Assembly: GCA_009779595.1 (NCBI GenBank)
Contig: WRDZ01000001.1
Span: 1 to 26,491, forward strand
Source of the DNA: Alphaproteobacteria bacterium
GTDB taxonomy: Bacteria > Pseudomonadota > Alphaproteobacteria > WRDZ01
Direction of reading: 5' to 3'
DNA: 26,491 bases
How positions within the stretch are numbered: the stretch's first letter is position 1; every line of letters begins with the position of its first letter. A program made the position numbers and the translations under genes. The notes below the pieces were generated by a model, which was not told the DNA's origin, did no database searches, and was given only the letters and a program-made list of their open reading frames with translations. This document shows positions 17,591-26,491 of this stretch, in pieces.

Positions 17591-18169
17591 ATGCCTGATT
17601 CAAACATTATCAAGCCGGCGGAAAAAATCGCCGGCAAATTGATTACCTTGGAAAAGAACGCCGCAACCTTCAAAGAGGCGGAAAGGCGTTTTGCCGTAAT
17701 CGACGCCACGCGCGAACACTTGCTGCCATGGATGGAGTGGGCAACTCAAGACAAGACCAAGACCGCCGAAGACACCTATAATTTCCTTAAATCCTGCGAA
17801 GCCGAATGGGAAAAAGGCACAAAGTTCGATTATGGCGTATTCGAAAACTCGACCGGCGAATATGTCGGCGGCATAGGCGTTTTCAAAGTTTCTTTTGAAA
17901 ACAAATCCGCTGAAAGGGGCAGCTGGCTGGCCAAGCACGCGCGCGGGAAAGGTTATGCCCAGGAAGCCAGCGCTTTGCTGGAAGCCGAGTGCGACCGCAT
18001 GGGCTTTCAAAGGATTCACACCAAGGTCGACGCCGAGAATATAGCGTCGATAAAGAACATGGAAAAATCCGGCTATATACTTGAGGGGGTGCTGCGCAAC
18101 AAAAAATGGTGCGGCATCACGAAAAGCTTCCGCGACATGCGCATCTACGCAAAGGTCAAAGGGCGGTAG
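17591..18169 (+). CDS. GNAT N-acetyltransferase, RimJ/RimL type
   Basis: REHLLPWMEW, WLAKHARGKGYAQEA, ENIASIKNMEKSGYILEGVLR; SD GGAG. Confidence 0.9.
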   Translation: MPDSNIIKPAEKIAGKLITLEKNAATFKEAERRFAVIDATREHLLPWMEWATQDKTKTAEDTYNFLKSCEAEWEKGTKFDYGVFENSTGEYVGGIGVFKVSFENKSAERGSWLAKHARGKGYAQEASALLEAECDRMGFQRIHTKVDAENIASIKNMEKSGYILEGVLRNKKWCGITKSFRDMRIYAKVKGR

Positions 18170-18258
18170 ACATGCGCGACTTTGTATTATCCAAAAACAG
18201 CGGAAGTTAATTCTTTTTATATTTTTTGCCGTATAATAGTACCTAGTCACCACCATAA

Positions 18259-19551
<1,293 letters not shown>

Positions 19552-19594
19552 GCCGGACAATATAGGTTTGCGGGTGAAAAAACAGCGCGTCAAA

Positions 19595-19710
19595 GCGCGT
19601 TCCGCCCGAGCAAGCGCCAAAGCGAGCGAATGCGAAGCGACGCGCGCCGCCTTGTGGCGGGCGGACGCGCGTGTCCTGCGGACCGCCTGGCGGTGCCGCT
19701 TCGCGGCAGG
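19595..19710. repeat. Dispersed structured intergenic repeat, copy B
   Basis: 97/116 identical to copy C in an ungapped hand alignment. Confidence 0.92.
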
Positions 19711-19752
19711 AAATCAATTATATTGACGGCGCACATAAAATCCCGTTTTCGG

Positions 19753-19781
19753 TTGCCAGGGCGGCGGACAGGCGCTATACT
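19753..19781 (+). promoter_or_regulatory. Sigma70-type dinG promoter TTGCCA-N17-TATACT, leaderless geometry
   Basis: ATG 19789 lies 7 nt after the -10, with no SD. Confidence 0.75.
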
Positions 19782-19788
19782 GGCTATC

Positions 19789-22452
19789 ATGACTTTGCCA
19801 AAACTATATGGAATCGCCGGCAACCAGTTCGGGTTCATCAGCATCGACCATGCTGGCAACTGCCTTAAGGCCAAGGACGCCTGTGCGCTGATGAACCGTA
19901 TGCAAGCGGGCCAGCCGGTCGTGGTGAACCGCGCGTTAAGCGGCGTGGGGGACGCGCTGGAGGTGCTTGAGCTGTTCGCGCTTGCGCACCCGGTTGCAAG
20001 GATTACCCCGAACATCGCCGGGCTGTCCAGGTTTTTCAACCTGCCGCCGCCCGTCAACACCAAGGAAAAAGCCGCGGCCGCGATGAAAATCGCGGACATC
20101 CTGCTGAACAGCCTTGACGAAAGGGCGCTGTCCATCGCGGGCTGGATGGCGCAGCGCGGCTGGCCGTGGGGGCGGTTCATCCCCGGCATAGACCAGGCAA
20201 AGCCCGCGGTCCTGCCCATAATCGACCTGCCGGTGTGGGAGGAGGCTCCCCCGCGAGGACAGGCCGGGACAAAGCCTATTTCCGGCGAAGCTGCAGCGGC
20301 GGCCCTGCAAAAGCTTTTGTCCAGGAAACAGTCGGCCCAGCCGCGGCAGCAGCAGGTCGAGTACGCAGCCGCCATCGCGGCCGCCCTGTCCTGCAAGCCC
20401 GACGACGGGACCGCGGTAGTGCTGGCCCAGGCAGGGACCGGGGTGGGCAAAACCCTTGGATATCTTGCCCCCCTTTCGCTGTGGGTGCAGGAAAATCAAG
20501 GACAGGCCTGGATTTCGACATATACAAAAGCCCTGCAGAACCAGCTGCTGGACGAGGCGGCCGCGCTGGACGGCGACCTTAAAATCGCGGTCAAGAAGGG
20601 GCGCGAAAACTATATCTGCCTGCTTAACATCGAAGACCTGTGGAACAGCGCGTCCAAACAGTCGCCGAAACGCGTGCTTGCCGCGGGCCTTGCAAGCGCG
20701 TGGCTGGCCCACACCAAAAGCGGGGACCTGATGTCCGGCGACTGGCAAAGCTGGCTGAACGACATTGTCGGCGCCAACATCATAGCGGGGCTGACCGACC
20801 ACCCGGGAGAGTGCATATTCGCCGCCTGCCCGCATTTCTCGCGCTGTTTCATCGAGCGCAACTTCCGCCTTGCGGCGGCGGCGGACATCGTGATAACCAA
20901 CCACACGCTGGCCATGATGGACGCGGCAAGCGGAGCCCCTCTGCCCCCGAAAATCGTGTTCGACGAGGGGCACCTTTTGTTCAAGGCCGCGGACTCGGTA
21001 TGGACGGCGTGCGTTTCGTACCAGTCGGGGGTGCAGCTGCGCTATCAGCTTCTGGGGGTGGAAAACAACAGCGGCCGCTTCCGTTTGCGCGGGATAAAGC
21101 GCCGGCTGCAGGATGTGGCAGCCGTGGACAACGACGTCTTCAAGGCCTTGAACGACGTGGTGCATTACGGGCAGGCCCTGCCGCAATCCGGGGGGCTGCT
21201 GCGCGTCATAAACGGCGACGGCCCCATGGGCGAGTTCGAAGAGTTCCTGTCCGCCACATTCGCTGCCGTAAAGGCCGCCAACCCGGACGACGACGGCCTT
21301 TACACTATCGAGCGCGACACCCTTAACCTGCCGGATTCCCTGCTTGACAAGGCCGACGCCCTGCGCGCCAAGCTGGCCAAGCTGTCAAGGGCGGCGCGGC
21401 AGCTGGCCGTTGCCCTGACCGGGTTCCTGGACAACGACGACCTGGCCGCCAAAATCCATCCCAGCGAAAAGGTGAAGGCGCAGTCGGCGCTGAAGCACAT
21501 CGGGGCGCGGGTGTGCCCCACGCTTGAAACATGGACGCAGATGCTGTCCGCTCTGTGTTTGTCGGCGCAGACGCACAACCTTATATACAGCCTGAAAATC
21601 CCGCGCGAGCAGGGCCGCGTCCTGGACGCCGGTTTCTTCAGCAACTTCATAGACCCAATGCTGCCGTTCTGCGAAAGCCTGGACGGGCTTACCCAGACGG
21701 TGGCCATAACCTCGGCCAGCCTGACCGACCCGGTGACGGGCTGGGATTCGGCCATGTACCTTACCGGCGGCCGCCATTTCTGCAACCAGGCCGCGGCCGT
21801 CAAGCTTTCCTCGCCGTTCGACTATGCGAAAATGGCGCGCGTGCTTATCGTCAACGATGTGGACAAGAAGGACAGCGGGCAGGTCAGCGCGGCGATAAGC
21901 CTGCTGTTCAACGCAAGCGGCGGCGGGGCCATCGGCCTGTTCACCGCCATAACCCGCCTGAAATCCGTTTATAAGCAGCTTGGCCCGTGGCTGGAACGCG
22001 ACGGCGTGGACCTGTACGCCCAGCACGTGCAGGACGTGTCGCTTAGCACTCTGCTGGACATATTCAAGGCCGAAGAGGATTCATGCCTGCTGGGCACGGA
22101 CTCGCTGCGCGACGGCATAGACGTGCCGGGGCGTTCGCTGCGATTGCTGGTGTTCGACCGCTCGCCCTGGAGCAAGCCCGACCTGCTGCACAAGGCCCGC
22201 CGCAAGGATTTCGGCGACCCCGACCTTTACGACAAGATAATGCTGCGCGCCCGCCTTACCCAGGCGTTCGGCCGGCTTATACGCACCAGCCAGGACCGCG
22301 GGGTGTTCGTCATACTTGACCGCGCCGTACCCACCATAGCGCTGTCCGCATTCCCTGAAGGGGTGATTATCGACCGCCTGCCTATAAACCAGGCCTGCCT
22401 TGTGGTAAAGCAGCACCTTGATGGCCTTGACCATGCGGACGAGAATCCTTAA
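19789..22452 (+). CDS. dinG: DinG-family ATP-dependent DNA helicase with Fe-S cysteines (887 aa; start moved from 19630)
   Basis: Q motif RQQQ, AGTGVGKTLGYL, ISTYTKALQNQL, KGRENYIC, GEC...CP...CF, DEGH, GIDVPG, QAFGRLIR...DRGV. Confidence 0.92.
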   Translation: MTLPKLYGIAGNQFGFISIDHAGNCLKAKDACALMNRMQAGQPVVVNRALSGVGDALEVLELFALAHPVARITPNIAGLSRFFNLPPPVNTKEKAAAAMKIADILLNSLDERALSIAGWMAQRGWPWGRFIPGIDQAKPAVLPIIDLPVWEEAPPRGQAGTKPISGEAAAAALQKLLSRKQSAQPRQQQVEYAAAIAAALSCKPDDGTAVVLAQAGTGVGKTLGYLAPLSLWVQENQGQAWISTYTKALQNQLLDEAAALDGDLKIAVKKGRENYICLLNIEDLWNSASKQSPKRVLAAGLASAWLAHTKSGDLMSGDWQSWLNDIVGANIIAGLTDHPGECIFAACPHFSRCFIERNFRLAAAADIVITNHTLAMMDAASGAPLPPKIVFDEGHLLFKAADSVWTACVSYQSGVQLRYQLLGVENNSGRFRLRGIKRRLQDVAAVDNDVFKALNDVVHYGQALPQSGGLLRVINGDGPMGEFEEFLSATFAAVKAANPDDDGLYTIERDTLNLPDSLLDKADALRAKLAKLSRAARQLAVALTGFLDNDDLAAKIHPSEKVKAQSALKHIGARVCPTLETWTQMLSALCLSAQTHNLIYSLKIPREQGRVLDAGFFSNFIDPMLPFCESLDGLTQTVAITSASLTDPVTGWDSAMYLTGGRHFCNQAAAVKLSSPFDYAKMARVLIVNDVDKKDSGQVSAAISLLFNASGGGAIGLFTAITRLKSVYKQLGPWLERDGVDLYAQHVQDVSLSTLLDIFKAEEDSCLLGTDSLRDGIDVPGRSLRLLVFDRSPWSKPDLLHKARRKDFGDPDLYDKIMLRARLTQAFGRLIRTSQDRGVFVILDRAVPTIALSAFPEGVIIDRLPINQACLVVKQHLDGLDHADENP

Positions 22453-23077
22453 CCGAAAGGGCGCCGTTTGCCGCCGATGTTCCCGTTGCCCCCGTCCGCC
22501 GGTTGTTCAAAGCCTCGCTTTCGCACCTTTGCCTGAACTCGGACAGATGCCGGGCCAAAGACCACAGCTGCATATTGGGCATGCTGATGTCGTGCAGCTC
22601 TTGGATTTGCGTCGGGCTATCGGCAAGGCCATCCTGGAACCCTTGCGGCCTTCCGTCCTTGTCCACGTAAAGGCTTAGGCTGTCCTTGCCGCCGTCGTTG
22701 AAGAACATCATATATCCGCCTTCGGGCACCTTAAGCATGCCGAACAGATAAGAATCCCGGTCTTTTTCCATCATCCAGACATTGAAATTCTTGGCGTCTT
22801 CTTCGCCCATATAGCCGCACGCTTCCCAGTCCGGCAACGTTTCGCAGGATTTAAGGATATCGCCGTCCATAACCATGGCCGCGCATATGCCTTCGCAGTC
22901 ATCTGGCGCGCCTTCCTCGACGGTGATATGCGTAATCGCCTCGTCGCGGAAATAAAGGCGCGTGCGGAACGCGTTTTCTTCGGCGGCGTCCCGCTGCGCG
23001 CGCCGGCATATGTCCATATAGGCTATCTGGCCGTTATCATAGTGCTTTTCAACGCGCAGACCCGTACCCGTGCTCAT
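22382..23077 (-). CDS. Hypothetical acidic protein (231 aa); 3' end overlaps dinG by 71 bp
   Basis: Strong SD GGAGG and its own promoter; no family recognised. Confidence 0.7.
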   Translation of the reverse strand: MSTGTGLRVEKHYDNGQIAYMDICRRAQRDAAEENAFRTRLYFRDEAITHITVEEGAPDDCEGICAAMVMDGDILKSCETLPDWEACGYMGEEDAKNFNVWMMEKDRDSYLFGMLKVPEGGYMMFFNDGGKDSLSLYVDKDGRPQGFQDGLADSPTQIQELHDISMPNMQLWSLARHLSEFRQRCESEALNNRRTGATGTSAANGALSVKDSRPHGQGHQGAALPQGRPGL

Positions 23078-23110
23078 GGCTATCCTCCACTGTAAAAAAA
23101 ACGATGAGCC

Positions 23111-23139
23111 ATCATATCATAAATGCGCGCGAACGTCAA
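23111..23139 (-). promoter_or_regulatory. Sigma70-type promoter TTGACG-N17-TATGAT (extended -10)
   Basis: Read on the minus strand, upstream of the 23077 ORF. Confidence 0.7.
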
Positions 23140-23163
23140 AAAGATTTTTATCGGCCCGGCGCC

Positions 23164-23703
23164 CTACAGGGTGTATTCCCAGCCCGGCTGCCACTTGAAC
23201 GGCCTGGCCACCAGGTCCTTAAGCAGGGCTCCGCTGACAAAATGCTCGATGCCGTACTGCGTGGCGCGGTGGCCTATTATCAGGACCTTTTTGCCGTCAT
23301 AGTCCCGGCGCAAATCATGCAGGACTTCGCCCACCCTTCTGGCGGCACCGGCATAGCTTTCGCCGCCCGGGAATGGAGTGTCGACCCTTAAGGCCTTCTG
23401 TTCGTCCACCTCTTTCATCGGGAACCGGGTATAGTCGCCGTAATCGCACTCGCGCAGGCGCTTGTCCCTTATGATGGGCACGTCAATCCCGGCAAAGGCT
23501 ATTTCCGCGGATTTATAGCTGCGCTGAAGGTCGCTGCAGAAGACGGCAGCATATCCTTTATCCCGGCGCCTTTGCCCCAACTGCCCGGCCTGTTCGACGC
23601 CAAGCGGGGAAAGCTGCACATCGTACCAGCCGGAAGCCAGCTGTGGTTTTGCCTCATTGTCCAGCGTTGTGTTGTGTGATTCAAATGTCAGTTCTACGGC
23701 CAT
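23164..23703 (-). CDS. Histidine phosphatase (phosphoglycerate mutase-like) family protein
   Basis: FESHNTT.DN (variant RHG), SDLQRS, RLRECDYG, IIGHRA; SD AAGGAGG. Confidence 0.9.
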   Translation of the reverse strand: MAVELTFESHNTTLDNEAKPQLASGWYDVQLSPLGVEQAGQLGQRRRDKGYAAVFCSDLQRSYKSAEIAFAGIDVPIIRDKRLRECDYGDYTRFPMKEVDEQKALRVDTPFPGGESYAGAARRVGEVLHDLRRDYDGKKVLIIGHRATQYGIEHFVSGALLKDLVARPFKWQPGWEYTL

Positions 23704-23727
23704 GGCTTCCTCCTTGAAGGTAAGGGT

Positions 23728-23756
23728 TTTATAGCATTAACTGCCGTAATTTGCAA
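23728..23756 (-). promoter_or_regulatory. Sigma70-type promoter TTGCAA-N17-TATAAA (extended -10 TGC)
   Basis: Read on the minus strand, upstream of the phosphatase gene. Confidence 0.7.
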
Positions 23757-23788
23757 GGGGATTCAGGCATTATAACGATAGCAGAGGC

Positions 23789-24319
23789 CTATTTCCTTTC
23801 GTACAGGCCTGTTATTTCCGTTTCTTTCACCGCGCGGAGCCGGATTGCCTGGTGGACCTGGTAGGGGGTCATGCCGGCCGGCAGTTCGATTTTTTCGACG
23901 TCCAGGGCATACAGTATGAAATGGTAATGGTGGGGGCCGCTGCCCTTTGGGGGGCACGGCCCGTTGTATCCGGGCTTGCCGAAATCGGTCGGAAGCTCGC
24001 GCGCGGGCAAGGCGAATTTCGCGCCCTTTGCCACGCCGGCCACTGTCACGGGGATATCGGCCACCAGCCAGTGGTACCACCCGTGCGGGTGCGGGGCGTC
24101 GGGGTCGTGGACTATCAGCGCCAGGCTTTTCGCGCCCGCCGGCACGCCCGCGAACCGCAGGTCGGGCGAGATGTTTTCGCCGCCGCAGTCGTGATAGACC
24201 TGCTGGGCGGACATCGGCTGTTTGTCCTGCACGGCCGTGCTTGAAATTTCCAGAGCCGCCGCTGGGACCGCAGTCATGATAAGGACTCCCGCCAATATGG
24301 TTGCCGCAATCTTTTCCAT
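23789..24319 (-). CDS. YbhB/YbcL family (PEBP, Raf-kinase-inhibitor-like) protein with signal peptide
   Basis: CGGENISP.L, DPDAP..GWYHW, GYNGPCPPKG.GPHHY.F..YALD. Confidence 0.93.
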   Translation of the reverse strand: MEKIAATILAGVLIMTAVPAAALEISSTAVQDKQPMSAQQVYHDCGGENISPDLRFAGVPAGAKSLALIVHDPDAPHPHGWYHWLVADIPVTVAGVAKGAKFALPARELPTDFGKPGYNGPCPPKGSGPHHYHFILYALDVEKIELPAGMTPYQVHQAIRLRAVKETEITGLYERK

Positions 24320-24325
24320 GTTCTG

Positions 24326-24334
24326 ATTTTACCA
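24326..24334 (-). promoter_or_regulatory. Extended -10 TG-G-TAAAAT, 6 nt before the ybhB-like ATG (leaderless geometry)
   Basis: The minus strand reads TGGTAAAATcagaacATG; no SD. Confidence 0.55.
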
Positions 24335-24391
24335 CGGCGGGCAAAGCGGGCATATAGACAATAATGATATACGGCGGTTTTGCTTATTGCC

Positions 24392-24507
24392 GCGCGTTCC
24401 GCCCGGGCCAGCGCCAAAGCTCGCGATAAGCGAGCGACGCGCGCCGCCTCCCGCCAGGCGGACGCGCGTGTCCTGCGGACCGCTTTGCAGTGCCGCTGCG
24501 CGGCAGG
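24392..24507. repeat. Dispersed structured intergenic repeat, copy C
   Basis: Lies 4 nt beyond the serS stop; same length as copy B and colinear with it. Confidence 0.92.
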
Positions 24508-24511
24508 CCTT

Positions 24512-25771
24512 TTACAAAAATTCGGCATCCCCCATGAAGGGCCGGATAGCTTTGGGTATCCTGACCCTGGCGTCCCTGGTCTGGTGGTTTTCCAGCAGCG
24601 CCACGAAAATGCGCGGCGTGGCCAGCGCCGTGTTGTTCAGCGTATGCACGAACTTGACCTTGCCGCCCAAATTTTCGCGGTAACGGGTGTTGGTGCGCCG
24701 CGCCTGCCAGTCGTGCAGGGTCGAGCAGCTGTGCGTTTCTCCGTACTTCTGCAAAGCCGGGCGCCAGCATTCGATATCGTTCATGCGTACCTTGCCAGCG
24801 CCCATGTCGCCGGTGCAGCATTCGACCACGCGGTAAGGCAACTCAAGGCCTGCCAGGATTTCCTCGGCGCCGGCCAGCAGGAACGCATGCCATTTGGCCG
24901 ACTCTTCCGGGTCGTTCCTGCAGATGACGAATTGCTCGACCTTGTTGAACTGGTGGACGCGGTAAAGCCCGCGCGCGTCCCTGCCGGCCGACCCGGCTTC
25001 GCGGCGGAAGCACGGGCTGAACCCGGCATAGAGTATGGGCAGCCGGGCCTCGGTCAAGATTTCGCCGCAATGCAGGCTGTTCAAGACTATTTCGCAGGTC
25101 CCGCTTAGGTACTGGCCGTCCTTGGGCAGGAAATACATGTTTTCCTTGTCGCCGGGAAAATGGCCCGAGCCGAAGAACGCGTCCTCCATCGCAAGCGACG
25201 GCACGCTTATCGTGGTAAAGCCTTTTTGGGCCAGCTTGTCCAGGGCGTATTGCAGAAGGGCGAACTCGTACCTTAGCAGGCTGCCTTTAAGCGCGAAAGT
25301 CCTTGTGCCGCAGACATTCGTGATTTTGCCGAACTCGCCCCAGTTATTGCGCTGGATAAGGTCGACGTGGTCCAGGGGTTCGAAGCCGAAATCGGGCTTT
25401 TTGCCGACTTGCCGCAGCACCGTGTTATCCGCATCGGTCAGCCCGATTGGAGCGTTCGGCGCGGGAATCTGCGGCGTCAAGGCCATCATTTCGGCCAAGG
25501 CAAGTTCCGTGTCCTTCAGCTTTTTGTTGATTTTACCCTGCCGCTCCCCAAGCAGCCTGGCCTTTTCCTTCAGCGGCGCCTTGTCCGCGGCGGCCTTGAT
25601 TTCAAGCGTCAGGCGGTTTTTTTCGGTGGCCATATCCTGGCCGCGCTGCCTAAGGGCGGCAAGCTCTTTGTCGGCCTTAAGCAAGGCGTTCAGGTCAAGG
25701 GCTATACCCTTGTTCTTGATGGCCTCTTTTACGATTCCGGGGTTTTCCCGGATGAATTTGATGTCAAGCAT
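24512..25771 (-). CDS. serS: Seryl-tRNA synthetase
   Basis: MLDIKFIREN, coiled-coil arm, FRREAGSAGRD.RGLYRVHQFNKVEQF, ETHSCS, HTLNNTA; SD AGGAG. Confidence 0.98.
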   Translation of the reverse strand: MLDIKFIRENPGIVKEAIKNKGIALDLNALLKADKELAALRQRGQDMATEKNRLTLEIKAAADKAPLKEKARLLGERQGKINKKLKDTELALAEMMALTPQIPAPNAPIGLTDADNTVLRQVGKKPDFGFEPLDHVDLIQRNNWGEFGKITNVCGTRTFALKGSLLRYEFALLQYALDKLAQKGFTTISVPSLAMEDAFFGSGHFPGDKENMYFLPKDGQYLSGTCEIVLNSLHCGEILTEARLPILYAGFSPCFRREAGSAGRDARGLYRVHQFNKVEQFVICRNDPEESAKWHAFLLAGAEEILAGLELPYRVVECCTGDMGAGKVRMNDIECWRPALQKYGETHSCSTLHDWQARRTNTRYRENLGGKVKFVHTLNNTALATPRIFVALLENHQTRDARVRIPKAIRPFMGDAEFL

Positions 25772-25813
25772 TGCGTGTCTCCTGATGAAGTTACAATCTA
25801 TACGATTTTTCGT

Positions 25814-25864
25814 GAGAAATGCCCGAGAACGGGCGCAAGAATCCTACACCCCGGACGGGGAGGA
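25814..25864 (-). promoter_or_regulatory. Candidate attenuator hairpins in the serS leader
   Basis: 1:2 is TCCT-CCCC/GGGG-AGGA; 2:3 is CGGG(G)TGTAGG/CTTGCGCCCG; 3:4 is GCCCG-TTCT-CGGGC followed by ATTTCTC. Confidence 0.5.
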
Positions 25865-25903
25865 CTTGGAAGAGACAGCGATGTTAAAAAATGCCTTCAA
25901 CAT
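25844..25903 (-). CDS. Candidate serS leader peptide MLKAFFNIAVSSKSSPSGV (19 aa, 5 Ser in 7 codons)
   Basis: ATG TTG AAG GCA TTT TTT AAC ATC GCT GTC TCT TCC AAG TCC TCC CCG TCC GGG GTG TAG, starting 9 nt after the -10. Confidence 0.65.
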   Translation of the reverse strand: MLKAFFNIAVSSKSSPSGV

Positions 25904-25912
25904 AATAGATAT

Positions 25913-25941
25913 ATCTTACCACAGTTCCTGACACAATGCAA
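25913..25941 (-). promoter_or_regulatory. Sigma70-type serS promoter TTGCAT-N17-TAAGAT
   Basis: Hexamers at 25941-25936 and 25918-25913. Confidence 0.7.
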
Positions 25942-25977
25942 GTTGAAACTGGATTTTGCCAACAGCATAAGAAGATA

Positions 25978-26054
25978 TGGTGGGTCCGGAGGGATTTGAA
26001 CCCCCGACCAGAGCGTTATGAGCGCCCTGCTCTAACCAACTGAGCTACAGACCC
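25978..26054 (-). tRNA. tRNA-Ile2 (CAU anticodon, lysidine-modified, reads AUA); 77 nt with encoded CCA
   Basis: GGGTCTG TAGCTCAGTTGGTTAGAGC AGGGCG CTCATAA CGCTCT GGTC GGGGG TTCAAAT CCCTC CGGACCC ACCA. The GGGYCY acceptor stem and GCTCATAAC context fit Ile2, not Met. Confidence 0.9.
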
Positions 26055-26067
26055 ACGGCACTTTAAG

Positions 26068-26096
26068 AATTTAGCAAAAAACCCGCCGTGTGTCAA
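26068..26096 (-). promoter_or_regulatory. tRNA promoter TTGACA-N17-TAAATT (extended -10 TGC)
   Basis: Perfect -35 and 17-nt spacer upstream of the tRNA. Confidence 0.8.
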
Positions 26097-26130
26097 TATT
26101 AAATTAACCGGCCTGTGGCATAACGGTCAT

Positions 26131-26491
26131 ATGAGAAAGGGTTGCAAACAGAAGAAGAGGATGCGCAAGGCGCATGTGCGCTGGTATCTTGGAGGGGCGG
26201 CAGGGTTGGGCGCGGCCTTGTTCGGCGCCGGTTTGGTGATGCTTAACCCCTTTATGCTTGGCGACCCCAGGGTTATGTTCGAGCTGTACGCGCTTGGGAA
26301 CCGTTATCCCGCACAATATGCCCTGATTGCAGTCGCCTTGTTTGCCGTTGGTTCGGCGGTTCTGCTTTCCTATTTCTTTTATGAAAACCGCTTTTATGAC
26401 GACATGAAGTGCAACGAGGACGAAGAGCTGTACGACCGGCTTTACGGCCAGCACAAGCAGCTTATCGACGGCATACGCCGGGAAGCGTTCA
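26131..26491 (+). CDS. Membrane protein with two TM segments, truncated by the window end; absent from the ORF track
   Basis: Open frame MRKGCKQKKRMRKAHVRWYLGGAAGLGAALFGAGLVML...YALIAVALFAVGSAVLLSYFF...IRREAF with no stop; alternative start at 26161. Confidence 0.65.
   Translation, partial: MRKGCKQKKRMRKAHVRWYLGGAAGLGAALFGAGLVMLNPFMLGDPRVMFELYALGNRYPAQYALIAVALFAVGSAVLLSYFFYENRFYDDMKCNEDEELYDRLYGQHKQLIDGIRREAF

Noticed and set aside
18200-18237. Full sigma70 promoter for eno
   Set aside because: TATAAT at 18232-18237 is clear, but there is no credible -35 or TG extension.
19630-19788. 53-aa N-terminal extension of DinG reading through repeat B, like a Rickettsia palindromic element in a protein
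   Set aside because: A clear promoter (19753-19781) lies inside it and points to a leaderless start at 19789. The GC-rich repeat is stop-poor by chance.
25772-25912. T-box riboswitch upstream of serS
   Set aside because: No T-box consensus (GGGTGGNACCGCG), no long stem I, and the leader is too short.
25978-26054. tRNA-Met call for the CAT anticodon
   Set aside because: G1-C72 is paired (not initiator), the anticodon stem lacks the three consecutive G-C pairs of fMet, and the acceptor and anticodon context fit tRNA-Ile2.
26104-26454. Minus-strand 116-aa ORF in the track
   Set aside because: Shadow of the plus-strand membrane protein starting at 26131, which has coherent TM segments.

Overview
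GC-rich chromosomal segment, probably from an uncultured alphaproteobacterium with Rhodospirillales-like genes (inference from gene families and the rnd/aspS and xseB/dxs synteny). Housekeeping genes: lolE-lolD, comEC, rnd, non-discriminating aspS, xseB, eno, dinG, serS and tRNA-Ile2(CAU). The first ~8 kb is a signalling/envelope block: a degenerate class III cyclase, two tandem degenerate GGDEF/EAL-like proteins, a minimal J-domain protein, an orphan solute-binding protein and a giant VirB2/TrbC-like pilin. Three promoters in this block carry CtrA-type boxes. No CRISPR array, rRNA, integrase or transposase was seen. Main new observations: (1) a near-leaderless 19-codon Ser-rich leader ORF with mutually exclusive 1:2/2:3/3:4 hairpins upstream of serS, a candidate serine-sensing attenuator missed by the ORF track; (2) a pilin domain fused to a ~340-aa Gly/Pro repeat stalk with a duplicated 28-aa module; (3) a ~116-120 bp structured intergenic repeat in three copies with a compensatory base-pair change; (4) an intact but catalytically degenerate C-terminal half of DXS; (5) ATA as the main Ile codon despite high GC. 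Family assignments come from motif recognition by eye, not database searches.
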